NCBI GenBank assembly: GCA_041739485.1
Contig: JBGSNV010000119.1
Span: forward strand, 778-64,777
Source of the DNA: Chitinophagaceae bacterium
GTDB taxonomy: Bacteria > Bacteroidota > Bacteroidia > Chitinophagales > Chitinophagaceae
DNA: 64,000 nt
Reading direction: 5' to 3'
Made by a program: the position numbers and the translations under genes. Positions 1 to 8,678 of this stretch are shown in pieces (positions within the stretch are counted from its first letter, which is position 1; every line of letters starts with the position of its first letter). Under the pieces are notes generated by a model that saw nothing but the letters and a program-made list of their open reading frames with translations, searched no databases and was not told the DNA's origin.

Positions 1-1218
1 CCCCTGAGGATCATACACCGCAAATTGCAGGTTGTACATTTTACCGGCATACATCCGCTTATCGGCCTGCCCTTCCCAGGCCATTTTGCTTCCGTCTTTC
101 AGCTTTACCCCCGTACCGGGTGAACCACAAACAAAAAAGGTTTCCTCTTCACCCGGAGGCGGATTGGCATCTACCAAATCTGCCGGTAAGGCAAAGGCAT
201 AAGCATCATCTTTATCCAGTTTCTTGTTATGATCCGCAATATCGATATTCAAATCCAGCGTGTCCTTAATGGTTTCTGTATAACCGCTGAGGTACACGAT
301 ATCGGCAAAAACGATGTATTTCCCTTTAGGCAGCGAGGGAAGAATAGAAGTGTAGAGCGCGCTGTCCACCCGTTGCGGATGCAGATGCGCAAAAGCATCC
401 ATCGCCGGAATCCGCATCAGAAACATATGCATCATTTTACCATGATCGGGAACTACATAATTGATAGAGCCAAGGCGTGCTCCGTTGGAAGCATCTATTT
501 CGAAATTGAGTTTAAAAGTCCCATCTTCCTCTGCCACAGAAGAAGTAGCGGACATCGGCTTATATTTAAAACGGGTATAATCATCGGCCCAGCTTTGCCA
601 CCAGGCATTACCGCCATACAGCATTCCGGCACAGGCAAGCAATCCCACCACAAAACCAATCTTCAGGTTTCTTTTTCTATTGGGCGAAAGGCTATCTCCC
701 TTTGGTGTAAGCCCATAGCTTACCGAAGAACCGATAATGGTCATCATTAAAAAAACAAGCAAAACCCCTAAACCGGCAAGCGTATACCCGGTGGATGCAG
801 GCATTGACCGGGTAGCCGTACTTGATGCTACCACCGGCACCACCAGGGTACCGGATCCTTTATCGCCTGCTACCTCGAGTTGTACACTGCTGCTGCCACT
901 CACCATCATCCATACTTCGCCGGCATATTGTCCGGGCTGTCCTGCAACAGGGAAAAGTTCATCGGCTTTTGGAGCGCCTTCGTCTCCTGTACGGAAATAA
1001 AGCGTACGGGCTTTAATAGAGGAAAGGCTTTCTCCCTGTACATACACAATTACCTTGGCCACACCGGGAATCACATCGGGTGGCTCTACATTTACGATCA
1101 GACTGTAAGGACCTGCTTTTCCCTGTAAAACAACACCCGGGCTGCCAATATGGCTCCAACCCGGAGCCGCTGTAAAGAGTCCGAAAATAATACCAAGGAT
1201 TGAAAATAATTTCTGCAC
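1..1218 (-). CDS. Secreted/membrane hypothetical protein, possibly metal-binding; runs off the left edge of the window
   Basis: Not in the ORF track because it has no stop in the window. Read by hand from GTG at 1218: MQKLFSILGIIFGLFTAAPGWSHIGSPGVVLQGKAGPYSLIVNVEPPDVIPGVAKV... It has a signal-peptide-like N-terminus and later His-rich motifs (DHGKMMHMF, FAHLHP). Confidence 0.75.
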   Translation of the reverse strand, partial: MQKLFSILGIIFGLFTAAPGWSHIGSPGVVLQGKAGPYSLIVNVEPPDVIPGVAKVIVYVQGESLSSIKARTLYFRTGDEGAPKADELFPVAGQPGQYAGEVWMMVSGSSSVQLEVAGDKGSGTLVVPVVASSTATRSMPASTGYTLAGLGVLLVFLMMTIIGSSVSYGLTPKGDSLSPNRKRNLKIGFVVGLLACAGMLYGGNAWWQSWADDYTRFKYKPMSATSSVAEEDGTFKLNFEIDASNGARLGSINYVVPDHGKMMHMFLMRIPAMDAFAHLHPQRVDSALYTSILPSLPKGKYIVFADIVYLSGYTETIKDTLDLNIDIADHNKKLDKDDAYAFALPADLVDANPPPGEEETFFVCGSPGTGVKLKDGSKMAWEGQADKRMYAGKMYNLQFAVYDPQG

Positions 1219-1258
1219 GTTTACCAGATTTTAGGAATGAATATGCTGCTTCTTTACT

Positions 1259-2476
1259 TTATCGCTTCACATTGGCCAGCCACTTGCCCCAACGCAAACC
1301 CAATCTGCCGGTTACCAGGGCTCCAAGGGCAAAGGCAATGCCCAACTGAACCAATAAACTTCCCCATGATTGCAATTCCCAGGGACCAAATTTGTAGCGG
1401 TACTCCCAAGTGGGATCCGAACCATAATACCAGCTATGCGAACCAAAAACCCAACCCCGGGCAGCGGGATGCTCCAATAAAAAACCACTGAACGGATATT
1501 GTACCAGAACGAGTAAAACCACAAAGACAAAGGCAAGCAGGATTGAGAGGATCCAGTCATTCTTTTTTACCCGATGTAAAATGGTATCCATTGCAAGCGC
1601 GGGTACTATCAGCAATAAAGGAAACTGCAAGGGCTGATAATGCGTAACCGGATTGTAAACCGGCCCCAGTAAAGGTTCTGCCGGAAAAATCTGAAGCACC
1701 CAATTGGAAACAGCGAGTATGATAAAATAGCCAAGAGCAATCAGCGTGATTCCCCAACGCATTTTAAGCGCCCGACCCAATGCATTTAAAAACAACAAAA
1801 CCAACCCGGCTGAAATGATGTAAAAAAGTCCCGAGCGCTGATTGCGGGTATCGAGGTATTCGCTTCCGATTGTACAGATCATGGTAAGCAGACTAGCCGC
1901 CGCCATCACATACAAAAAACGCAATATTTTTCGGGTAGGTACCGAACCCTTTTGCTGAGCAGCATTGAGGTATTTACTTACCCCCACACAAGCCCCGAAT
2001 TGTAAAAACATCATACCAAGGGCAAGGATACTGTGCGGTGGGGAAAGAATGGTAATATCGAGTCCGTAGGTATTGTGCCACCAATCATCGAAAGGTGCCG
2101 AAGTGAGCATGGCAATGGCACCCCAAATGCAAAACAACGCCCCTAAGGAACTGTAGAAAAAACCCCAAACTTTTACCAAACCGGCACGGGTTTCCTTACC
2201 GGCACGAAAAGTATTCCAGAGCACCTGTATGCCCGAAAACAATCCACCAAAAACAGCCCCGAGATAAATCAATAAATGCGGGGGCGATAATAATTTATCC
2301 CGGCCAATTGTGGTATGTCAGCTGATGTCCCAAATAATTCCAAGAATAACAAATAAGGAGGCGAGAGATACGGCAAAAACATACAACGGAATACCTGCGA
2401 TGGCCAAACCCAGAGAAGTTCTTTTTTCCAATTTGTTGGTTTCAAATGCCTGCGCAGCGGGTATTGCAATGGACAT
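1259..2476 (-). pseudogene. Polytopic membrane protein interrupted by an in-frame TGA at 2318-2320 (nonsense allele or sequencing error)
   Basis: ATG at 2476 reads MSIAIP...VILGIIWDIS*HTTIGRDKLLSPPHLLIYLG and continues in frame into the 337-aa ORF 1259..2272. The downstream internal repeat (DDWWH...LSPPH) suggests the stop replaces a Trp. Confidence 0.7.
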
Positions 2477-2550
2477 AGATTAAGTTTTGCCACTAAAATA
2501 AAGATATCTGTGGATTGGGGGAAAATAAATACATGAACGGAGTCCTACAC

Positions 2551-2737
2551 CCCCTTAGCCCTCACCCCCTTCCCCTCTCCCGCAGGGCGAGGGGTGCCCC
2601 TCGGTAAGAGTACCTCACCCCCTTCCCCTCTCCACAGGAGAGGGGTGCCTCTCTGTAAAAGGTTGATTAATAGCATCCCCTAAGTATTGAGCTTTGGGGC
2701 GGTAAACCTTGTGCTTTTCTACACACACATATACTCC
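2551..2737. repeat. REP-like palindromic composite repeat (CCCTCACCCCCTTCCCCTCTCC...GGAGAGGGGTGCC) in two tandem copies plus a shared flank
   Basis: Near-identical reverse-complement copies at about 26329-26600 and 28663-28726; contains GC-rich hairpins. Confidence 0.85.
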
Positions 2738-2797
2738 CTCAATCAACTCAATTCCTCAATTAACCATTAACAATTGACCATTAACAATTAACCATTG
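2738..2797. repeat. Short tandem repeats (CTCAAT / TTAACCA-type units)
   Basis: ctcaatcaactcaattcctcaattaaccattaacaattgaccattaacaattaaccatt; the same CTCAATTAAC motif recurs at 6800-7610. Confidence 0.7.
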
Positions 2798-2927
2798 GGT
2801 TTTATCTACCAGGATAAGGAAGAAAGAGTTTTAAAACAAAAGGGGAAAGAAATGAAAGCTCTTTAGCTCCTCACCGCTTTCCCCTGATCGTTGGATTAGA
2901 TATATTGAAATTTATTTACAAAAACCT

Positions 2928-3048
2928 ATCTGCACTTTTCAACAGGCAATCTATAATTTGCAATAAGAAATCTGCAATGGACAATTTGCAACAGGTAATC
3001 TGCTATATAAAATATTCAATCTGCAATATGAAATATGCAATTTGAAAT
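2928..3048. repeat. Degenerate heptamer tandem repeat (AATCTGC/AATTTGC) downstream of secA
   Basis: 7-nt periodicity: aatctgc aatggac aatttgc aacaggt aatctgc ... aatattc aatctgc aatatga aatatgc aatttga. A reverse-complement relative lies at 28170-28230. Confidence 0.75.
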
Positions 3049-3051
3049 CCC

Positions 3052-6000
3052 TTAGTCTTTTCCGTGGCACTGCTTAAACTTCTTGCCGCTGCCACAAGGG
3101 CAGGGATCGTTGCGACCGATCTTGGGTCCCACCTTGATGGGTTCCTGCTTTACCGCTACATCCGAAGGATCGTGGTAGCCATCGCCACTTAGTTCCTCGT
3201 AGCCGGGGCCGTTGCCTGCAGTTGACTGCTGAACCGCATCCGGATCTGATTTTTGCTGACGCATATTGCTCATATCCGTGCGGCGCTGCGGGGCTGCCTG
3301 ACGTACCTGCTGCTGTTCTTCTACAGGCAGGTTGGCATGACACAGAAACTGTACCACTTCCTTATTCAGGTCGCTTTCCATCCGCTTAAACAGATTGAAG
3401 GCTTCAATTTTATAAATCACCAACGGATCTTTTTGCTCATAAGAAGCCGTTTGCACACTTTGCTTCAGGTCATCCATAGCGCGCAGGTGTTCTTTCCACG
3501 CATTATCGATGATGGACAAAGTGATGTTCCGCTCCATGGCAGCCATCAGCTCGCGACCTTCTGACTGAATGGTCTTATCGAGATTGGCCAATACCTGCAT
3601 GCCCTTGCGGCCATCGGTAAAGGGAACCACTACATTTTCGATATGGCTGCCCTGTGTTTGCCGGATATTTTTGAAAACCGGAACGGCTGATTGCGCAAGT
3701 TCTCCCTTTTTGCGGTTGTAGTTGGCAATCGCCTCATTGTACAACTGCTGTGAAAGATCGTTCTCGTTTTTACGGTCAAAATCTTCTTTTGAAATATTGG
3801 CATCTACGGCAAGATTCACAATAGCAGCAAGTTTCATGCCTTCATAATCACTTTGTTCCTTAAATGTGGCAATAATATCGCCGGCTACATTAAAGAATGC
3901 ATTATCAAGGTCAAGTGCCAGTCTTTCTCCAAACAAGGCATGGCGGCGGCGGGCATAAATTACATTCCGCTGTTTGTTCATCACATCATCGTATTCGAGC
4001 AAACGTTTCCGGATACCAAAGTTGTTTTCTTCCACCTTCTTCTGCGCCCGCTCAATGCTGTTGGTGATCATGCTATGCTGAATCACATCGCCTTCCTTAT
4101 ACCCCATGCGGTCCATCAGTCCGGCAATCCGGTCGCTGCCAAACATCCGCATCAGGTCATCTTCAAGGCTTGCAAAAAACTGACTGCTACCGGGATCACC
4201 CTGCCTTCCGGCACGACCACGCAACTGCCGGTCTACGCGGCGGCTATCATGGCGCTCGGTACCTACAATGGCCAAACCACCCGCTTGTTTTACCCCGGCA
4301 CCCAATTTGATATCGGTACCCCGACCTGCCATGTTGGTGGCGATCGTAACATTGCCCGGCAGGCCCGCTTCAGCTACAATCTGTGCTTCCCTTGCGTGCT
4401 GCTTGGCGTTCAGTACATTGTGTGCTATCTTTTTACCGGTCAGCATTTTGCTCAACAATTCGCTTACCGCCACATCAGTTGTACCCACCAATACCGGCCG
4501 GCCGGTTTTCTCTTCTATCTTTCCCGTAGCCGGATTTGGCGCAGGAATCAAAGCGCCCTTGGCATCAAAAGCCGGCATCGGATCGCCCAAGGCATCCTTT
4601 ACCTCCACCGTCTTCCCGTTTTTATCGGTAACTGTCTGTACTTCGAAGTTCGTGTACGGGAAAGTCAGTTTCTGAATTTCAAGAATCACCGCCCCGTATT
4701 TCTCCCGTTTGGTTTTGTATACCTTGTCTTCGCTGTCTAAGCGGATCACCTGTACGTTGGTGGGGATGCTTACCACATCGAGTTTGTAAATGTTCCAGAG
4801 TTCTCCCGCTTCGGTTTCGGCAGTACCGGTCATGCCCGAAAGCTTGTGGTACATCCTGAAGTAGTTTTGCAGCGTAACCGTTGCATAGGTTTGGGTGGCC
4901 GCTTCAATCTTCACATTCTCCTTGGCTTCAATGGCCTGATGCAGTCCGTCGCTGTAGCGCCGTCCGTCCATGATCCGACCGGTTTGCTCATCCACAATCT
5001 TCACCTGACCATCAATTACCACATACTCCACATCATTTTCAAAAAGCGTGTACGCTTTCAGTAATTGTTGTACGGTATGGATCCGATCGGCTTTGATGGA
5101 ATAGTCACTCAGCAGGGTCTCTTTCTGCTGCATCTTTTCCTCGGGTTCAATATTTGCTTTTTCAATCTCGGCAAGTTTTACAGCAAGGTCGGGCAATACA
5201 AAAAACTCGGGATCTTCTCCGCTTTTGGTGATCTCCGCCAAACCCTTATCGGTAAGGTCTACCTGATTGTTTTTCTCATCGATGTAGAAATACAATTCCT
5301 CATCTACCTTGGGCATTTCCTTCGACTGATCGGCGAGGTAATAGTTCTCAATTTTTTGCAGCTTCACCCGATTGCCCGGTTCGCTCAAAAACTTGATCAA
5401 CGCCGTATTCTTGGGCAATCCGCGGAAAGCCCGCATCAAGGCTAGTCCGCCATCTTTGGGATCATCTTTACCTTCGGCTATTTTCTTTTTGGCCTCAATT
5501 AAAAAATTATTGGTAGCCCGACGCTGCGCTTCGTACAGCGACAACACCCTGCCTTTCAAAAGATGGTATTGCTGCTCGTCGCCTTTGGGTACCGGACCAC
5601 TGATGATGAGCGGTGTACGGGCATCATCAATCAATACGCTGTCCACCTCATCCACAATACCGTAGTGGTGTTTGCGCTGTACCATTTCTTCAGGACTATG
5701 AACCATATTATCCCGCAGGTAGTCAAAACCAAATTCGTTGTTGGTACCATAGGTAATGTCTGCCATATAGGCCTTGCGACGATCTTCGCTGTTTGGTTGG
5801 TGCTTGTCGATACAATCCACGGTAACCCCGAGCCATTCAAAGATGGGTCCGTTCCACTCGCTATCCCTGCGGGCAAGGTAATCGTTCACCGTAACAAGGT
5901 GTACCCCGTTACCGGCGAGGGCATTCAGGTAGCTCGGCAGCGTACTTACCAGGGTTTTACCTTCCCCGGTAGCCATCTCGGCAATTTTGCCCTGATGCAA

Positions 6001-6552
6001 TACAATACCTCCGATCAACTGTACATCGTAGTGCACCATATTCCATGTGATCTCACCGCCGGCAGCCGTCCAGGTATTTTTATGAATGACTTTGTCGCCT
6101 TCAATCGTCAGGTTGGTACGCCCCTTACCGGCAAGTTCGCGGTCAAGCGGGGTGGCAGTGCTTTCGAGAGTACTGTTTTCCTTAAAACGACGCGAAGTTT
6201 CCTTCATCGTAGCAAAGGCTTCGGGAAGAATTTCCAGCAAAATAGCCTCCAATAGAGCATCGCGCTCCTTTGTCAGTTTGTCAATTTCCTGATAAATACC
6301 ATCCCTTTCCGTCATATCCTCGGGGGGAAGCGTCTCGGCTTCGGCCTTTTTATCGGCTATATCGGTATCAATATCCACCAAAGCGGCTTTGATGCGATCG
6401 CGGAACTCTGTTGACTTTGCGCGGAGGGCATCGTTGCTCAGGGACTTATATTCTTCAAAAAAGGCATTGATCTTTTCCACAAACGGCTGAATCTGCTTTA
6501 CATCGCGCTCACTTTTGTTGCCGCCAAACAATTTCGATAAAAATCCAAACAT
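3052..6552 (-). CDS. secA: Preprotein translocase subunit SecA
   Basis: Motifs [57 protein letters not shown] and a C-terminal SEC-C ([19 protein letters not shown]). Confidence 0.99.
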   Translation of the reverse strand: MFGFLSKLFGGNKSERDVKQIQPFVEKINAFFEEYKSLSNDALRAKSTEFRDRIKAALVDIDTDIADKKAEAETLPPEDMTERDGIYQEIDKLTKERDALLEAILLEILPEAFATMKETSRRFKENSTLESTATPLDRELAGKGRTNLTIEGDKVIHKNTWTAAGGEITWNMVHYDVQLIGGIVLHQGKIAEMATGEGKTLVSTLPSYLNALAGNGVHLVTVNDYLARRDSEWNGPIFEWLGVTVDCIDKHQPNSEDRRKAYMADITYGTNNEFGFDYLRDNMVHSPEEMVQRKHHYGIVDEVDSVLIDDARTPLIISGPVPKGDEQQYHLLKGRVLSLYEAQRRATNNFLIEAKKKIAEGKDDPKDGGLALMRAFRGLPKNTALIKFLSEPGNRVKLQKIENYYLADQSKEMPKVDEELYFYIDEKNNQVDLTDKGLAEITKSGEDPEFFVLPDLAVKLAEIEKANIEPEEKMQQKETLLSDYSIKADRIHTVQQLLKAYTLFENDVEYVVIDGQVKIVDEQTGRIMDGRRYSDGLHQAIEAKENVKIEAATQTYATVTLQNYFRMYHKLSGMTGTAETEAGELWNIYKLDVVSIPTNVQVIRLDSEDKVYKTKREKYGAVILEIQKLTFPYTNFEVQTVTDKNGKTVEVKDALGDPMPAFDAKGALIPAPNPATGKIEEKTGRPVLVGTTDVAVSELLSKMLTGKKIAHNVLNAKQHAREAQIVAEAGLPGNVTIATNMAGRGTDIKLGAGVKQAGGLAIVGTERHDSRRVDRQLRGRAGRQGDPGSSQFFASLEDDLMRMFGSDRIAGLMDRMGYKEGDVIQHSMITNSIERAQKKVEENNFGIRKRLLEYDDVMNKQRNVIYARRRHALFGERLALDLDNAFFNVAGDIIATFKEQSDYEGMKLAAIVNLAVDANISKEDFDRKNENDLSQQLYNEAIANYNRKKGELAQSAVPVFKNIRQTQGSHIENVVVPFTDGRKGMQVLANLDKTIQSEGRELMAAMERNITLSIIDNAWKEHLRAMDDLKQSVQTASYEQKDPLVIYKIEAFNLFKRMESDLNKEVVQFLCHANLPVEEQQQVRQAAPQRRTDMSNMRQQKSDPDAVQQSTAGNGPGYEELSGDGYHDPSDVAVKQEPIKVGPKIGRNDPCPCGSGKKFKQCHGKD

Positions 6553-6699
6553 GATATCTGTTCTTAGTTATAGTTGTAATTTGTAGTAATCTGTAAAATA
6601 GACAAAAATACTCCCAAAAATGATGCTGCAAGCCCTTTGTGGTCAAAATGGCATAGAAATGGGGTTTTTTTAGAGGATTTAGTGTTTGTTTGGTTTTAG

Positions 6700-7612
6700 G
6701 TTTGTGATTTATTATTTATTGTTTATTGTTTGGGGTTTCTGGTTTCTGGTTTGAAATTTCTCCGCAAGGAACATCAACATAACACAGCCATCCTAATACA
6801 CAATTACTCAATCCACTTAATTAACCTAATTAACCCAATTAACTCCCTCATTCAACTTTTGGAATTTCTCCCCAATCCACTCAATTAACTAATTAACCAA
6901 TCCCTTTCCACTTTGGAATTTTTGAATTTGGGCTTATAGCTTTTAGCTTTTGGCCCTTAGCTTTTACAACCAGTGTGCTGACCGGCCGGTTTGTGGTTTA
7001 TAGTTTTTTGTTTCTGGTTTCTGGTTTGAAATTTCTCCGCAAGGAACATCAACATAACACAGCCATCCTAATACACAATGCACTCAATTAACCTAATTAA
7101 CTCCCTCTTTCAACTTTTGAAATTTCTCTCAAAGACGTCATTCCGACGGCAGAAGGAATCTTGGTTTCGAAGAGTATCATCTTTTCCATTGACGTAGGTT
7201 GCTTTTAGCTTTTGGCTTTTACAATCAGTGTGCTGACCGGCCGGTTTCTGGTTTGAAATTTCTCCGCAAGGAACATCAACATAACACAGCCATCCTAATA
7301 CACAATTAACTCAATCAACCCAATTCCTCAATTAACCAATCCACACATCAACCCTTTTTGGTTCCGATATTCCCGAAATTTCGGGATCGGAATTGGAACC
7401 TGTCTGCCGACAGGCAGGTTTTCCTTATTGGAATTTCTTCCCCCCAATCCCTCAATTAACCTAATCCCCCAATTAACTCAATTAACCCAATTCCTCAATT
7501 AACCCAATCCCTCAATTAACTCATCAACCCTTTTTGGAATTTGGAATTTTCCTTATTGGAATTTCTTTTCTCCAAATTCCTCAATTCACTTAATCAACTC
7601 AATTAACCAATT
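6700..7612. repeat. Mosaic intergenic repeat region: three identical 64-bp units, other duplicated modules and small palindromes
   Basis: ggtttctggtttgaaatttctccgcaaggaacatcaacataacacagccatcctaatacacaat at 6741-6804, 7016-7079 and 7243-7306; gcttttacaa(c/t)cagtgtgctgaccggccggttt twice; many CTCAATTAAC units. Confidence 0.9.
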
Positions 7613-7616
7613 CCCT

Positions 7617-7624
7617 TATATTTG
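7617..7624 (+). promoter_or_regulatory. Bacteroidetes sigma-A -7 box (TATATTTG) for the WYL gene
   Basis: Matches TAnnTTTG, 25 nt before the TTG start at 7650. Confidence 0.55.
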
Positions 7625-7649
7625 ATTTCCCAACCAAACACCAACCACC

Positions 7650-8528
7650 TTGAACGATCAGGCCAAAATACAACGAACCCTCCGGCTATTGATACTTCTT
7701 GCCGGAAAACGCTGGTACAGCGCGGAGGCTATTTTTACCCGCCTCGGCATCAGCAAACGAACGCTTTACCGATACCTCAACAGCATTGAGGGTGCCGGAT
7801 TTGTGGTAGAACGACACCCCACACAGGGCTATCGTTTACAGGCAGAAGGCGGCAGTATGCTTACCCTCAACCGGCTGTTACATTTTACCGAAGAAGAAGC
7901 GCATCTGCTGTATAAAACCCTCGGGCTGCTCGAAGGCGAAGGCGCTGCCAAGGAACGGCTGATCCGCAAATTACATACGCTTTATGATTGCCACATACTG
8001 GCGCAGGCCGCCAACCAACACCTGCTGGAAAAAGTAGCCACCCTGCAAAAAGCCATCGAACGGCAACGGCAGGTAACGCTGCTGCAATACCGGAGCAACC
8101 ACTCCCAAACCATCACCGACCGGCTGGTAGAACCCTTTGCCTTTACCGAAAACTACGAGGGCATCTGGGCTTATGAGGTAGCAACGGCAAGCTGCCGGCA
8201 ATTTAAACTCGCCCGGATGGAAGGCATTGGTACCGAAGCCACAAGCTGGAAACAAACCGCCAATCATCAGATCCCCTTTACCGATGTATTTGGTTTTGCG
8301 GCAGCCAGACCGAGGGGCATGGCCAAACTGCAACTGAGTATGCGGGCAGCCAACCTGCTGCGGGAGGAATATCCGCTCAGCGAGCCCCTGATCAAAGAAA
8401 AAAACGGACAAATCACCGCCGACCTCCCCTATGGAGACCTAAAGGGCATCGGCCGGTTTATCCGGGGCCTGCCCCGGGAGATTGTGGTGGATGGCCCGGT
8501 GGGATTGAAAAAATATTTAGAGGAGTGA
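7650..8528 (+). CDS. HTH-WYL-WCX transcriptional regulator (YafY/PafC-like)
   Basis: N-terminal wHTH (LGISKRTLYRYLNSIEGAGF); WYL-like core (AIERQRQVTLLQYRS...DRLVEPFAF...IWAYE...RQFKLARM); 292 aa. Confidence 0.9.
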   Translation: MNDQAKIQRTLRLLILLAGKRWYSAEAIFTRLGISKRTLYRYLNSIEGAGFVVERHPTQGYRLQAEGGSMLTLNRLLHFTEEEAHLLYKTLGLLEGEGAAKERLIRKLHTLYDCHILAQAANQHLLEKVATLQKAIERQRQVTLLQYRSNHSQTITDRLVEPFAFTENYEGIWAYEVATASCRQFKLARMEGIGTEATSWKQTANHQIPFTDVFGFAAARPRGMAKLQLSMRAANLLREEYPLSEPLIKEKNGQITADLPYGDLKGIGRFIRGLPREIVVDGPVGLKKYLEE

Positions 8529-8566
8529 CGGTAGTTGGCACTGGGGGGTGGGAAGTTTGGGCAGAA

Positions 8567-8642
8567 ATAAAAAAAGCCCCGCAGATAGGCGAGGCACTAA
8601 ATGTTTTCACAACGGAATAATCCTTATTGTGATTTGCTTTCG
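8567..8642 (-). ncRNA. tracrRNA of the type II-C system
   Basis: Minus strand reads CGAAAGCAAATCACAA (16 nt exactly complementary to the repeat 5' end, 8627-8642), then TAAGGATTATTCCGTTGTGAAAACATTT (resembles Bacteroidetes tracr nexus regions), then hairpin GCCTCGC/GCGGGGC followed by T7. Confidence 0.9.
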
Positions 8643-8647
8643 AATAA

Positions 8648-8678
8648 CAAAACTAAAAAATAAAATGATATGAACAAA
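8648..8678 (-). promoter_or_regulatory. tracrRNA promoter (-33 TTTG at 8675-8678; -7 TAGTTTTG at 8648-8655; 19-nt spacing) overlapping the cas9 start codon
   Basis: Exact Bacteroidetes promoter consensus with canonical spacing; the predicted start site falls at the 5' end of the anti-repeat. Confidence 0.7.

Noticed and set aside
229-1128. Plus-strand ORFs 229..750, 737..1000, 822..1016 and 880..1128
   Set aside because: They are antisense shadows of the minus-strand gene starting at 1218.
2318-2320. TGA recoding (Trp or Sec)
   Set aside because: TGA is the normal stop for many genes here, and the expected residue is Trp rather than Cys; I saw no support for selenocysteine.
2269-2493. 74-aa ORF as a separate gene
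   Set aside because: It is an alternative frame over the true N-terminus of the TGA-interrupted gene.
3799-3822. Partial match of the spacer to secA (GGCAT.....GCAAGATTCA)
   Set aside because: Only 10 contiguous nt (16 of 24), with the PAM-proximal 4 nt mismatched; consistent with chance. My search was by eye and not exhaustive.
4504-4663. SecA insertion as an intein
   Set aside because: Too short, and it lacks the C/S start and the HN-C/S/T end.
6741-7306. 64-bp direct repeats as a second CRISPR array
   Set aside because: The intervening sequences are 211 and 163 bp and are themselves repetitive; no similarity to the repeat or tracrRNA.
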